A DNA stretch of 64,000 nt from IMG/VR virus record IMGVR_UViG_2974666105_000001, positions 1 through 64,000 of that record; one strand, written 5' to 3'. The translations under genes were made by a program, and so were the position numbers. Every line of letters begins with the position of its first letter. The stretch's first letter is position 1. Under the pieces are notes generated by a model. The model ran no database searches, was not told the origin of the DNA, and saw only the letters and a list, made by a program, of their open reading frames with translations. This DNA comes from a virus. Its lineage: Duplodnaviria > Caudoviricetes. Of this stretch, positions 1 through 9,500 are shown in pieces.

Positions 1-2
1 TT

Positions 3-830
3 GGTAACTATATTCCAAAAGAATTTGAGAATCAAAAGAATGCTTATCTAATGAAAGACTATGTTAAAAACAACAAAACATTGTATGATAGTCCAATTGG
101 ACGATGGTTTTTAAATGTTGTTAAGCCACTTATTTCTCACTATGAGAATGAACTTAGAAATAAGCCAGAAGGAGACTTTTGGAGCATTGAATATGGTAAA
201 ATTATCATAGATTCAAAACGTTATAGTAAGTGGTTTAATGAGTATTCTAAGCCACTTAAAGATTGGCTGAAAACGGATGAAGCTATTAATATTGAAAGAA
301 AGGTTAGATGCTCTGAAATTTGGAAGAAAGAGTGCCAAGGAAACCCAGAGCACTGGGTATTTGAAGCCTTAAACTTCTATCCAGAAAAACATGAACTTGA
401 AGTATCGAATTTATGGAGCCAACTGCCATACAAATCTTTTAACGATCTAAGTCCAGAACCAAAACTAGTCAAAACAGTTAAGTCAAAAAACGGACGGGAG
501 TTCAATATTTATCACACATATATTATCGCTGGTACAATTGTTGCAAAGAACAATGTAAAATCAACTGTTAGTTTACTAACTCCAGATGGACTTGCGATTG
601 TATCTCTTGGCAGAAACACATATTCTAAGATCGGTAAAAAAGAAATGGTGGGAAAAGGAAAAAATAGAAAGTGCATTTCAGATAGTTGGTTAGAGCGGGG
701 CGAGATGCTCGTGGTGACTGGCTATCGGCAACAGGATTCGTTCAGACTTAGAAAAGATAGTAATATGAGTACAACGGTGATGCTGGCCAAAGGATTTGGA
801 GATAATATCGTATTACAATTTGAAAAATAA
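3..830 (+). CDS. dnaE: DNA polymerase III alpha subunit, C-terminal part (5'-truncated by the window)
   Basis: Frame is open from position 3. OB-fold-like C-terminus (IAGTIVAK...LLTPDG...WLERGEMLVVTGYR) resembles phage DnaE (SPbeta YorL-like). Confidence 0.7.
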   Translation, partial: GNYIPKEFENQKNAYLMKDYVKNNKTLYDSPIGRWFLNVVKPLISHYENELRNKPEGDFWSIEYGKIIIDSKRYSKWFNEYSKPLKDWLKTDEAINIERKVRCSEIWKKECQGNPEHWVFEALNFYPEKHELEVSNLWSQLPYKSFNDLSPEPKLVKTVKSKNGREFNIYHTYIIAGTIVAKNNVKSTVSLLTPDGLAIVSLGRNTYSKIGKKEMVGKGKNRKCISDSWLERGEMLVVTGYRQQDSFRLRKDSNMSTTVMLAKGFGDNIVLQFEK

Positions 831-833
831 AAA

Positions 834-861
834 AAAGAGACACTCATTGGAGTGTCTCTTT
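834..861. terminator. Bidirectional intrinsic terminator between convergent genes
   Basis: AAAGAGACACTC-attg-GAGTGTCTCTTT perfect 12-bp stem flanked by A and T runs. Confidence 0.9.
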
Positions 862-865
862 CGTA

Positions 866-1111
866 TTATCTAACGGCATAACCTAATGTTAGACCATAAA
901 AATCGTATTCGTCGATATTCATTTTCTTAACCATAGCGTTAAATTTTCGTTTATCAATCTTACCATCACCGTATTTTTCATGATAGATCATATCAAGGTA
1001 GTCACTTAAATCATGTTCATTTAAGAATACAGACATTCCTTTGGCGCGTGATCCAAACAGAACTGCACGAGTGATTCCAGCTTCTCCATCTTTTACTTCA
1101 ATTTTAGCCAT
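866..1111 (-). CDS. Hypothetical protein (81 aa)
   Basis: AGGAG RBS before the ATG at 1111 (MAKIEVK...). Confidence 0.75.
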   Translation of the reverse strand: MAKIEVKDGEAGITRAVLFGSRAKGMSVFLNEHDLSDYLDMIYHEKYGDGKIDKRKFNAMVKKMNIDEYDFYGLTLGYAVR

Positions 1112-1121
1112 AAAAATTCTC

Positions 1122-2096
1122 CTATTCGATGTCAATTCCAAATGCGTTACTTAACTTGTCATCATCATGATTCTTCAAATAACCCTCAGTAGTTTCTGAG
1201 CTGGAATGATGAGCAATTAACTTCAAAACTTCGATTGGCAATGCGTCTTTTCCAGATTCGATTAGAACGTGGTGGGTGCCCATAGAATAATTTTCAAGTC
1301 CAGTTCTTCTGAAATCATGAGGATGAATAGTAATTTCTTCTCCAGTAATTTTAGATAAGATTCGTCCAAACTGGTTACACCATTCATAGAAAACAGAATA
1401 GTTGATCCGATGTCTTTCATCACCATAATCTGAAACCCACAATGAGTCAATATCATCTTCACCGCGCTGTTTTAAATATAAGTCTGCAAGTTGTTGAGTA
1501 CGCTTAAAATAAATTAACTGGAATCTTTTTGCACGCTTACCAATAACTGTATTCGTTTGATTAGATTTAACAAAATCTTTTTTGTTTACTTGAAGAATCT
1601 CATTTCTTCTACCACACGATTCGTAGGCCAAGCTCACAAATAAAGCCTTCTCATATTTCTTGTGTCGAACTAAATAATCTAACAGTGTGTTAATCTGTTT
1701 ATCGGTTAAATAGGTGTGAGATTTAACGGGTTCCTTAATTAGACCTTTAATGGCGTGCATTTCGTTAATGTCATAGTCATAGTCTTCACTAATCATTAAA
1801 TACTCTAAGAAATTTCTTAGGCTACTTTGAAAACGATTAATCCTAGCGTGGCTAGTGCCATCACGTTGCATCAACAGAAAGAAATTTCTAAAGTCTTTAC
1901 GTTTCAATTGTAAGACGGTTTTTTTAGGAAACTTCTTATTTGAATAACACAAAAACCCCTTGATGTCAGCACTATATTGATAACGTGTCTTAACAGCACG
2001 TCCATTGGCTTCAAGTTCTAGGAGATAATCATCTAAAGCTTCTTTATCTTCATCTTTAACTTTATTGTCCCAAACTTCTTGGTCAAATAGTTCCAT
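1122..2096 (-). CDS. Tyrosine recombinase (XerC/D / integrase family)
   Basis: SAM-like N-domain; catalytic residues R (CGRRNEI), HxxR (HDFRR), H (AHH) and Y (TEGY). Confidence 0.92.
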   Translation of the reverse strand: MELFDQEVWDNKVKDEDKEALDDYLLELEANGRAVKTRYQYSADIKGFLCYSNKKFPKKTVLQLKRKDFRNFFLLMQRDGTSHARINRFQSSLRNFLEYLMISEDYDYDINEMHAIKGLIKEPVKSHTYLTDKQINTLLDYLVRHKKYEKALFVSLAYESCGRRNEILQVNKKDFVKSNQTNTVIGKRAKRFQLIYFKRTQQLADLYLKQRGEDDIDSLWVSDYGDERHRINYSVFYEWCNQFGRILSKITGEEITIHPHDFRRTGLENYSMGTHHVLIESGKDALPIEVLKLIAHHSSSETTEGYLKNHDDDKLSNAFGIDIE

Positions 2097-2152
2097 TGTC
2101 TCTCACCATTCCTTTTCATATACTATATGTATGCCCCTAATCGGGGCGATTG

Positions 2153-2554
2153 CTAAGCTTGACTAGCTTGTGATTCTTGCACAGCGGATTCACTAGTTAC
2201 AGGAGCAACGGCAGATTTTACTTGTGATGATGCAACGGATGCTTGTGATACGGCCTGTGATACAGCTTGACTAGCTGCTTGCTTTGTGCTATTAACTTCG
2301 CTTTGAACCTCTGTCTCAATGTCTTCTTGGATCGTTGGGGCCGATACAGTTTGAACATCGGTTACAACACCGAGCATACCAAGAATTGTTAATACCGTGT
2401 TAATAACAGCAACAATACTGGTCCAGTCCCCAGGGAATTTAATCCCAAAGGCAAACAATACTTGTTGGATCAACACGATCAACAATGAGATAATCCCAGC
2501 GATCAATTTACCGTTCAAACTTCCATCGGCATTCTTAAAACTAATTTTTTTCAT
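2153..2554 (-). CDS. Holin
   Basis: Start MKKISF with AAGGA RBS; two TM helices and an S/Q/A-rich tail; downstream of the endolysin. Confidence 0.8.
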   Translation of the reverse strand: MKKISFKNADGSLNGKLIAGIISLLIVLIQQVLFAFGIKFPGDWTSIVAVINTVLTILGMLGVVTDVQTVSAPTIQEDIETEVQSEVNSTKQAASQAVSQAVSQASVASSQVKSAVAPVTSESAVQESQASQA

Positions 2555-2837
2555 TTCCTTTGGCTTCCTTTTCATATAGATGCTTAAATTCCATATCATG
2601 ACCATCTAGCCGGCTTTCTACCTTAATGACCCGATTTTCAAGACCATTAATCTGATCGGCACTCTGTTGTCTGAACTTCATACTCTCGTCAGTAAATTTA
2701 TCAATTCTGTTGCTCACTTGATTAAGTGGGTTCCTGACAGTTTTGTTTAAAATCCAATTAGCTAAAATGCAGACACTTGTTATGATCGCCACAATTGACC
2801 CCCATTCGTCCCAACCTAAACCGAGAAAAATGTGCAT
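2541..2837 (-). CDS. Small membrane protein of the lysis cassette (single TM + coiled coil)
   Basis: MHIFLGLGWDEWGSIVAIITSV TM followed by a heptad pattern; lies between endolysin and holin. Confidence 0.7.
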   Translation of the reverse strand: MHIFLGLGWDEWGSIVAIITSVCILANWILNKTVRNPLNQVSNRIDKFTDESMKFRQQSADQINGLENRVIKVESRLDGHDMEFKHLYEKEAKGNEKN

Positions 2838-2839
2838 AA

Positions 2840-4225
2840 TTACCGCACCACCAAACGTTGTCCAGGATAAATGGTCGACCAAGAATAAATACCATTTAAG
2901 CTGGCTAATTTTGATACAGTTGTACCGTTATCATTGGCAATCTTCCACAAACTATCACCTGAAACGACCGTGTGATACGTGTGAGAGACACCAACAACTC
3001 GCTTACCATAGCTTTCACCACCATTTACACCTAATGCAATGTAACCGTAGTAACCGTTAGACCGTAAGTATCTCGCCCAGACGTAGTCAGACTTGATAAT
3101 TACCTGATTATACTGAACGCTCTCACCACTAAAGTAGGTAGCTACCTTAGAGTACCCGGTTCCTGCCCCAGAACGTACGTTTAAAGTTGTGTTAGGGTAG
3201 AAAGTGCCATTTTGGTTGTAGGTTTGAGAGCTTGCTTTGTTGCCTGAGGCTGATTTTGAACTAGAACCTTGCTTTGTAACATGCTCTGCTAATGTCCAAC
3301 CAACAGCAGTGTTACCGCTCTTTAATAGTAACATCTGGTTTGACTTACCCTCAGTGACTTGTTTTACTTGGCCAACCGTATAAGTCTTATGAAGAACAGA
3401 GCTTGAAATTGGCGTCTTGGTGTCTCCAGCATCCCATTTTGCGACACTAGAATTAATCTTAACTTTATCACCAACTTTATATCCACCGACATAATACTTA
3501 GTTACATCTTGCTTGTTGGCTGCGTTGTCGCCAATCCACCACTTAACAGGATGCTTTGAGGTGATAACCTTGTTGGTATCAACTGCTAAACTAAGACTTG
3601 TTGAATAACTAGAGTCTGTGTGTTGCCATAAAGCCGGGTCTTTGAGATAATGATTGCTGTAGTTTGCTTCCCAGAATCCGTCGTAATTACTCATTGATCC
3701 GATGTAGTTATTGTAGAAATAACTGCCGGAATACAAGATAACTGGACGCTTGGTCAAACTTTGCATCTCACTACCCCACGCTGAAACAGCACTTGAATAA
3801 CTACCAGAAGTAGTTGTCATTTCTTCGGCATCGTTAGCAAAAAACTTCGCATGTGGAGCACGACTGTGCAGATCCTTCGCTTCTTGTTTGGCATCCGCAG
3901 CATTGATATAACGCGAATACGAATAAACGCCATATGGTGTCCCAGCCTTTTCAAGATTAGCAATAGTGTTCTTATATTGCACATCTTGATAATTAGATCC
4001 GTACTGAACCCGCACAATAACAAATGACGTCTCAGATTTTAATGCAAGCGCCTTTTGATAGGTAACTGCGCCTTGCCATTCTGAAATATCAACAACCTTT
4101 TTAACAACCGCACCATCGCTGGTATTAGCAGCTTTAGCTGTTTGTGGTAAGGCTGTGGCTCCAAACGCTCCTAGTGCCAGAGCAGTCATGGAGCCATATA
4201 GTGTACGTTTTACTTTATTTTTCAT
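2840..4225 (-). CDS. Endolysin: signal peptide + GH25 muramidase + SH3b-like + LysM
   Basis: VDISEWQG...D.E GH25 motifs, LNVRSGAG SH3b, C-terminal HTVVSGDSLWKIA LysM; N-terminal K/R-rich, hydrophobic and AKA signal peptide. Confidence 0.93.
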   Translation of the reverse strand: MKNKVKRTLYGSMTALALGAFGATALPQTAKAANTSDGAVVKKVVDISEWQGAVTYQKALALKSETSFVIVRVQYGSNYQDVQYKNTIANLEKAGTPYGVYSYSRYINAADAKQEAKDLHSRAPHAKFFANDAEEMTTTSGSYSSAVSAWGSEMQSLTKRPVILYSGSYFYNNYIGSMSNYDGFWEANYSNHYLKDPALWQHTDSSYSTSLSLAVDTNKVITSKHPVKWWIGDNAANKQDVTKYYVGGYKVGDKVKINSSVAKWDAGDTKTPISSSVLHKTYTVGQVKQVTEGKSNQMLLLKSGNTAVGWTLAEHVTKQGSSSKSASGNKASSQTYNQNGTFYPNTTLNVRSGAGTGYSKVATYFSGESVQYNQVIIKSDYVWARYLRSNGYYGYIALGVNGGESYGKRVVGVSHTYHTVVSGDSLWKIANDNGTTVSKLASLNGIYSWSTIYPGQRLVVR

Positions 4226-4319
4226 TCTATATGCACCTTTCTATAATATTTCTTGATTTATTTCGATTTAAAATTCAAATTTTATTTCATAAACAAGTGC
4301 TTATTCAATTGTTTACCTC

Positions 4320-4859
4320 CTAATTTAATATATCTTCCGGTGCTATGGAATACGGTGTATAAATGGTACCTCTTTCTAGCTTAGGCCCCGCTATTAGAAG
4401 GGTGTTTTCATTATTGGACGTTCTTTCTATTCTAGCGCTAAGCGTCCCATCATCTGTAACGGTGACTGTGCCGGAAACTCTTTTCCATGAATCATCAAGG
4501 TTTACTAATTGTGCACCAATATTAGTATTGATAGCTGTATTTGAGCTTCTAAAGTAAATATTCGATGAACCGGCACCACTAGCATACTTTGCATACACTG
4601 AGTAAGTGTAAGTCTCCCCTTTTTTAACATTTATAACTTGTGTTAACCCATTCCAGTCGTGAATCGTTGACATCACTGCTAGGTCATTAAAGGTGTCACC
4701 AGTTTTTTCCCAAGCATTATAACCTATCCAGTCATCTGAATTGCTAAAGTTTTCAGTATCAACAAATAGGTTTCTGCCGTATAAAATACTGTTATCTGAG
4801 TAAACAGCGTCAACCGCCTTGCCATTGTTAATCCATATTCCATGTGTTATATCTGCCAT
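4320..4859 (-). CDS. Tail-associated carbohydrate-binding-module protein (candidate receptor-binding)
   Basis: GRNL...YTYSVYAK...WKRVSGT...PKLERG..TPYS.APED pattern typical of phage CBM4-like domains. Confidence 0.7.
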   Translation of the reverse strand: MADITHGIWINNGKAVDAVYSDNSILYGRNLFVDTENFSNSDDWIGYNAWEKTGDTFNDLAVMSTIHDWNGLTQVINVKKGETYTYSVYAKYASGAGSSNIYFRSSNTAINTNIGAQLVNLDDSWKRVSGTVTVTDDGTLSARIERTSNNENTLLIAGPKLERGTIYTPYSIAPEDILN

Positions 4860-4864
4860 TTAAA

Positions 4865-5890
4865 TCACCCCTGAATCACGTACAAGCCGCTCTTGTCAGT
4901 TAGTGCATTATACTGCGCTTGGGTGACGACATTGATTACTGCATTATCACCCTTATCACCTTGGTCGCCCTTATCACCTTTATCTCCCTTGTCACCTTTA
5001 GCGCCGACAAGAGAGGCCAGCCATTGATTTACACTTCCAGAAAATCCAGCATTAACGGCAACTTGATAAGCAGAAATTCCTTGGTCGCCTTTGTCGCCTT
5101 TATCACCCTTGTCACCTTTAGCTCCAGTGTCACCTTTCATACCTTGCGAACCACTTAAATCGGCAACATACGTGAAGCTGGTGCCGTTCCACACATAAAG
5201 CTTACCGTCATCAGGGTCATTGACATCACTGGCAATCATGGTGAAATCACCATCGGAGAAGCCGGCACCGTTCATTGTAGCGATTGACGGGAACGTCTTT
5301 ACGATTTGGAAATCCTTCCCAGCGTCACCTTTGTCGCCTTTATCACCTTTAGCACCAACGAGAGAAGCAAGCCATTCCGCTTGTGAACCGTGATAGCCAT
5401 TAATTACCGCCACTTGGTAGGCAGATAGGCCATCATCACCTTTATCACCTTTATGGATTGTGCTTGCGGCCTCATTCATTGCTTGCACAAAGTCATCAAA
5501 AGTAATGGTGGTAATCGTGCTACCACCACTATCTTCAATGTTACTATTAATCATGAATCCTGTCATTGTATTGCTTGGATAAATTGACACTCCTGTTGAG
5601 TAAGTGACCCAAACTTCTAACAGGTATGATCCTGCTGGTAATCCGCTCATAAAGTTGGAATCAAAACTAATAACAATTTGACCAGATAAAGGATCAGTAA
5701 TACTTGACGTAGGAATGGTTTGAGACTTTAAGTATCCAGAATTGTTACCAAGTTTTGCGATGATACTCGTCGCGTTAGTAAGGTCAACAGGGTTACTATC
5801 TTCACCCAATACCATTGTGAAGCTGGTAGTTGTATCACCGATTTTTACAGTTTGAGCAGAAGTATCAGTAAACTCTAATGTTTTTGCCAA
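4865..5890 (-). CDS. BppU-like baseplate/fibre protein with collagen-like (Gly-X-Y) repeats
   Basis: N-terminal BppU-like domain (VKIGDTTTSF...YLLEVWV...IYPS); several (GDK)n runs. Confidence 0.8.
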   Translation of the reverse strand: MAKTLEFTDTSAQTVKIGDTTTSFTMVLGEDSNPVDLTNATSIIAKLGNNSGYLKSQTIPTSSITDPLSGQIVISFDSNFMSGLPAGSYLLEVWVTYSTGVSIYPSNTMTGFMINSNIEDSGGSTITTITFDDFVQAMNEAASTIHKGDKGDDGLSAYQVAVINGYHGSQAEWLASLVGAKGDKGDKGDAGKDFQIVKTFPSIATMNGAGFSDGDFTMIASDVNDPDDGKLYVWNGTSFTYVADLSGSQGMKGDTGAKGDKGDKGDKGDQGISAYQVAVNAGFSGSVNQWLASLVGAKGDKGDKGDKGDQGDKGDNAVINVVTQAQYNALTDKSGLYVIQG

Positions 5891-5906
5891 ACCAAATCAC
5901 TCCTTT

Positions 5907-6329
5907 CTATCGCTTATCAAAATCGACATCTAACGCTTCACATAACGCGTTATAGCACAGCGCTTCATCACCAGAGACACTTACATCAGCATGTAATAAG
6001 AAGTCTTGACAATCTTCTTTATGGTGTGAATAGGTCGCCTTTTCAAGTTCACCGTCTTCTAACATCAGCTTTTGATAAGCTTCTTGGAATTTTTTGCTAT
6101 TTTCTTTCGTGAATTGATAATTATTATCTTTAACAATTAATTGTCCGTCTTCATCTTTTTTGGCATATTGGTCAATCAAATCTTTTTGCATTTCAACAAT
6201 TTCTTCGTTTTTTGATGCTAAGATCTTAATTAAACGGGTACGCGCGATTGATTGATACCCCGATAGGGGCAGACGGTTTAAAAAACTGATTGAAGATGAT
6301 ACGAATTGATTTTGTAATTCAAATTTCAT
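5907..6329 (-). CDS. DUF1617-like protein
   Basis: Sequence pattern and position downstream of the tail fibre, as in Lactobacillus phages. Confidence 0.65.
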   Translation of the reverse strand: MKFELQNQFVSSSISFLNRLPLSGYQSIARTRLIKILASKNEEIVEMQKDLIDQYAKKDEDGQLIVKDNNYQFTKENSKKFQEAYQKLMLEDGELEKATYSHHKEDCQDFLLHADVSVSGDEALCYNALCEALDVDFDKR

Positions 6330-6343
6330 AATTTGGTTTCCTC

Positions 6344-6574
6344 CTATTTTTCTTCACTAGATGGTCTTAATGCCGTCAGACTATCAATCAATGTATTCAA
6401 CACCTTTGATTTGACCCTATCAGCGCCTCCAACGCCTCCAGTAATGGCAGTATTAAATTCGTCCATGGTAATACTGACCTGTGAACTGATACCAAGTGTA
6501 TTAATTTGAATGCTGATTGTCATAATGTTGTTCGTGTAATCTGGTTTATAATTCGTGATTAAAATGCTATCCAT
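6344..6574 (-). CDS. Hypothetical tail-region protein
   Basis: 76-aa ORF overlapping the fibre stop codon. Confidence 0.7.
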   Translation of the reverse strand: MDSILITNYKPDYTNNIMTISIQINTLGISSQVSITMDEFNTAITGGVGGADRVKSKVLNTLIDSLTALRPSSEEK

Positions 6575-9500
6575 TTAATTTGGCCTCCAATTTATTTAAT
6601 TTAGCTTCTAGTTCCATGTTGTGACCGTTTAATTGGTCAATTTCCTTTTGTTGTTCCTGCACCGTGGCTAGGGTGGCATTTAAAAGCACGCTGTCATCCA
6701 CCCCAACCAACTTGCCGTTTTCATCACGGGCAACAAACACGTCTGGCAATTGCCACTGTTTTGTTACATTAACGTCGTCAACAATGCTAGATAATCTCAA
6801 ATGACTGGTATTATCGTCAGTTTTGTACTGATAAGTGGCTAAATCAATTGAGTTAACTAGCTGCGCCCAATAAGCTGTGTCAGCCTTTTTAACGTCCCGC
6901 TTAACACTTAATAGAGATGACTTAACTAGGCTCGTATAGTGAACAGTAGCGGCATAGATGTCACCAGAGCTACCATCGTTACGATTAAAATGAATCGGGC
7001 CATTGTCAGAACTGGTAATCGTGTGATAGGTATTTATGTTGAAGTTGCCAATATCTAAAGAACGATTAAATTTAATGTTATTAGCACCCGAGCCATCAAT
7101 ACCAAAGCTGGCTGTCTTCATAGTTGGACCATTACCGACATACCAGATATTCTGTGTGCCATTAGGGTTGATATTGCCATATGGTGTAATAATGATACCC
7201 TTCGGTGTAACATCAGCAGAAGTACCGCTAAAGGTGATTTGTTGATTATCACCTTTAAAAGTAAGACCGTCGAGTGGACTTATCAATACATATCCATCTT
7301 GATTACTGCCAGTTACAGACTGTGAAAATGACATGTCTTTTCCATTTGTGTGACCAGCAGATAATACGATTTGGTTAGCACTTATGTTAGTGTCGTATGC
7401 CTCGTACTGGTTACTAGATGAGTTGGTTGCACGATATTTTGTTGTTAATGATCCAGTTGATAAATCTGTTTGCATAGCATCAGCAGCATTGAACATTGTC
7501 GTATAGATATGACCATTACTAGATATTGTTGTTGGATAAAATTGAGACGCATTATTGGCGTCATTAATGATGTCGCCACCATGGAACGTTGTCCCATTGA
7601 TAGTTGACGCACTAATATTTGTGCCTAAAATTGTACCGGCGCTAACAACATTACCTGTATCTGGCTGGTAGCCAGTTGAATGAGCGGTTTGTGTCAACAT
7701 TGGTGAGCTAAATAGAGCATGGCCTTTGCCGTTGTACGCCCAATACTGTAGGCCGACAGATGACGCAGTGCTAGGAGCATTAAAACCGTCGATAGTTAGA
7801 TACTGCCATGCCTGAGCACTACCAGTCCCGTGTAAATTTACACTGGTGTAATTCCCAGCCGGCAACCTGTTACCGTTGGCGTCATAGAAAGCTAGTGTCA
7901 TTTGGTATGTCATTGTAGCGTCGCTACCGGCGTCAATAAACCAGACTGACGCACTGTAAGGCTGTCCAGTCAAACCATTTAGTGGTACTCTTTTGGTTTG
8001 TCCAAAGTTTACCCAGTTCCCAGAACCAGTTGAATTATTAAACCCGACAGAAGGGACACCATCATGCAACGTAAAGTTTGAGTAATACCCCATCGAACCT
8101 ATTACCCACCCCGGAATATATGTCCCGTTGCCGCCAGACAATGCTGAGTTATAAACTAGGTTAGTTGAGCCACGGATAATTAAACTTGTAGCTGTGACAA
8201 GACCGTTCGAGTCTACTGTGAAAGTCCCGTTGTTAGTTGTAAAAGTATTGGCCGCAATGTCGGCCGCCGTTAACTTTTTACCAACAAGGAGCTTGTCGAT
8301 ATTTGCGCTTTTCATGATAACGGGGTCAACACTGTCAAGGAATACACTTTTACCAGACAGCGTTAATTGACCACTGGATGAGATTAGGGTTTTACCGGCT
8401 TGAATATTAATCTGGTCGACTAGGTCACCCTTGGTTACTCTAAGGTTAATATCGCCGCTTAACTGTGTGATTTGAGACTGCGTAGCTTGGTCTTCTGGAT
8501 TAAGAGACCAATCTGTTGCTACACTACCTTTTTCAAGTTTAATCCTGGTGATATGCACTATGTCCCCAACTGTACCCGAATTGAATGCTCCAACTGTTAT
8601 CGATAAAGTCCCACTATTTCCCCATACAGGCTTGATGATTCCTGTATATCTAGTTAAAGTATTTCCGCTGACACTTATAGAAGTTAGATTATCATAAGGA
8701 CCTACTTTTACATTTATACTAGAACTAGTGCTGGAGCTATCTACGTAGGCATAAAAACTAATCGTATATGTCGTGCCTGCAATTAAGGTCTGGCTTGCGG
8801 AATAATATATTCTGTTACCTGATGCAGCTTTAACAGCCAAAACTAAATTTCCACTAGAATCAAAACTGGTAGTTGTCCCTGGGTCTACTGTCCAATATGT
8901 TAAACTTTCATCTGAAAAATTAGAATTAGTTAATAAGTTAGTCCCAACCACACTATTATCAACTTGCGTTTGTAAGGTTTGGAAGTCGCTAGACTCAACC
9001 TTGCTAGAAATAGCATCAGCAGTTTGTGTCTTGTACGTGTTAAAATCACTAGATTCAACCTTGCTAGATATTTCTTTAGCAGTTGTCGCTTGGTATGCTG
9101 AGAAGTCACTAGTAGCCACCTTTTGAGCTATTAATCCAGCCGTCTGCGTTTTGTAAGTTGAGAAGTCACCATTATCAACCTTGCTAGCAATCTGACTAGC
9201 AGTTTGTGTTTGGTAGGTTGAGAAAGCACTATTACTTACCCTATCCGCTATCTCACTAGCCGTTTGTGTCTTGTCAGACGCATAAGCTGAGTTAGAAACT
9301 TTGTCATCAATTAAGTCAGCGGTTTGTGTTTTGTAAGTGTTAAAGTCACTAGATTCAACTTTACTTTCAATTGACTTTGCAGTTGTAGCTTGGTATGCTG
9401 AGAAGTCACTAGTAGCCACCTTTTGAGCTATTAATCCAGCCGTTTGGGTTTTATAAGTTTCAAAGTCACTGTTAGCTACCCTTTCGGATATTTGACTAGC

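Noticed and set aside
4285-4311. 8-codon ORF with a strong GGAGG upstream of the endolysin
   Set aside because: Too short to support; probably a remnant of a deleted gene.
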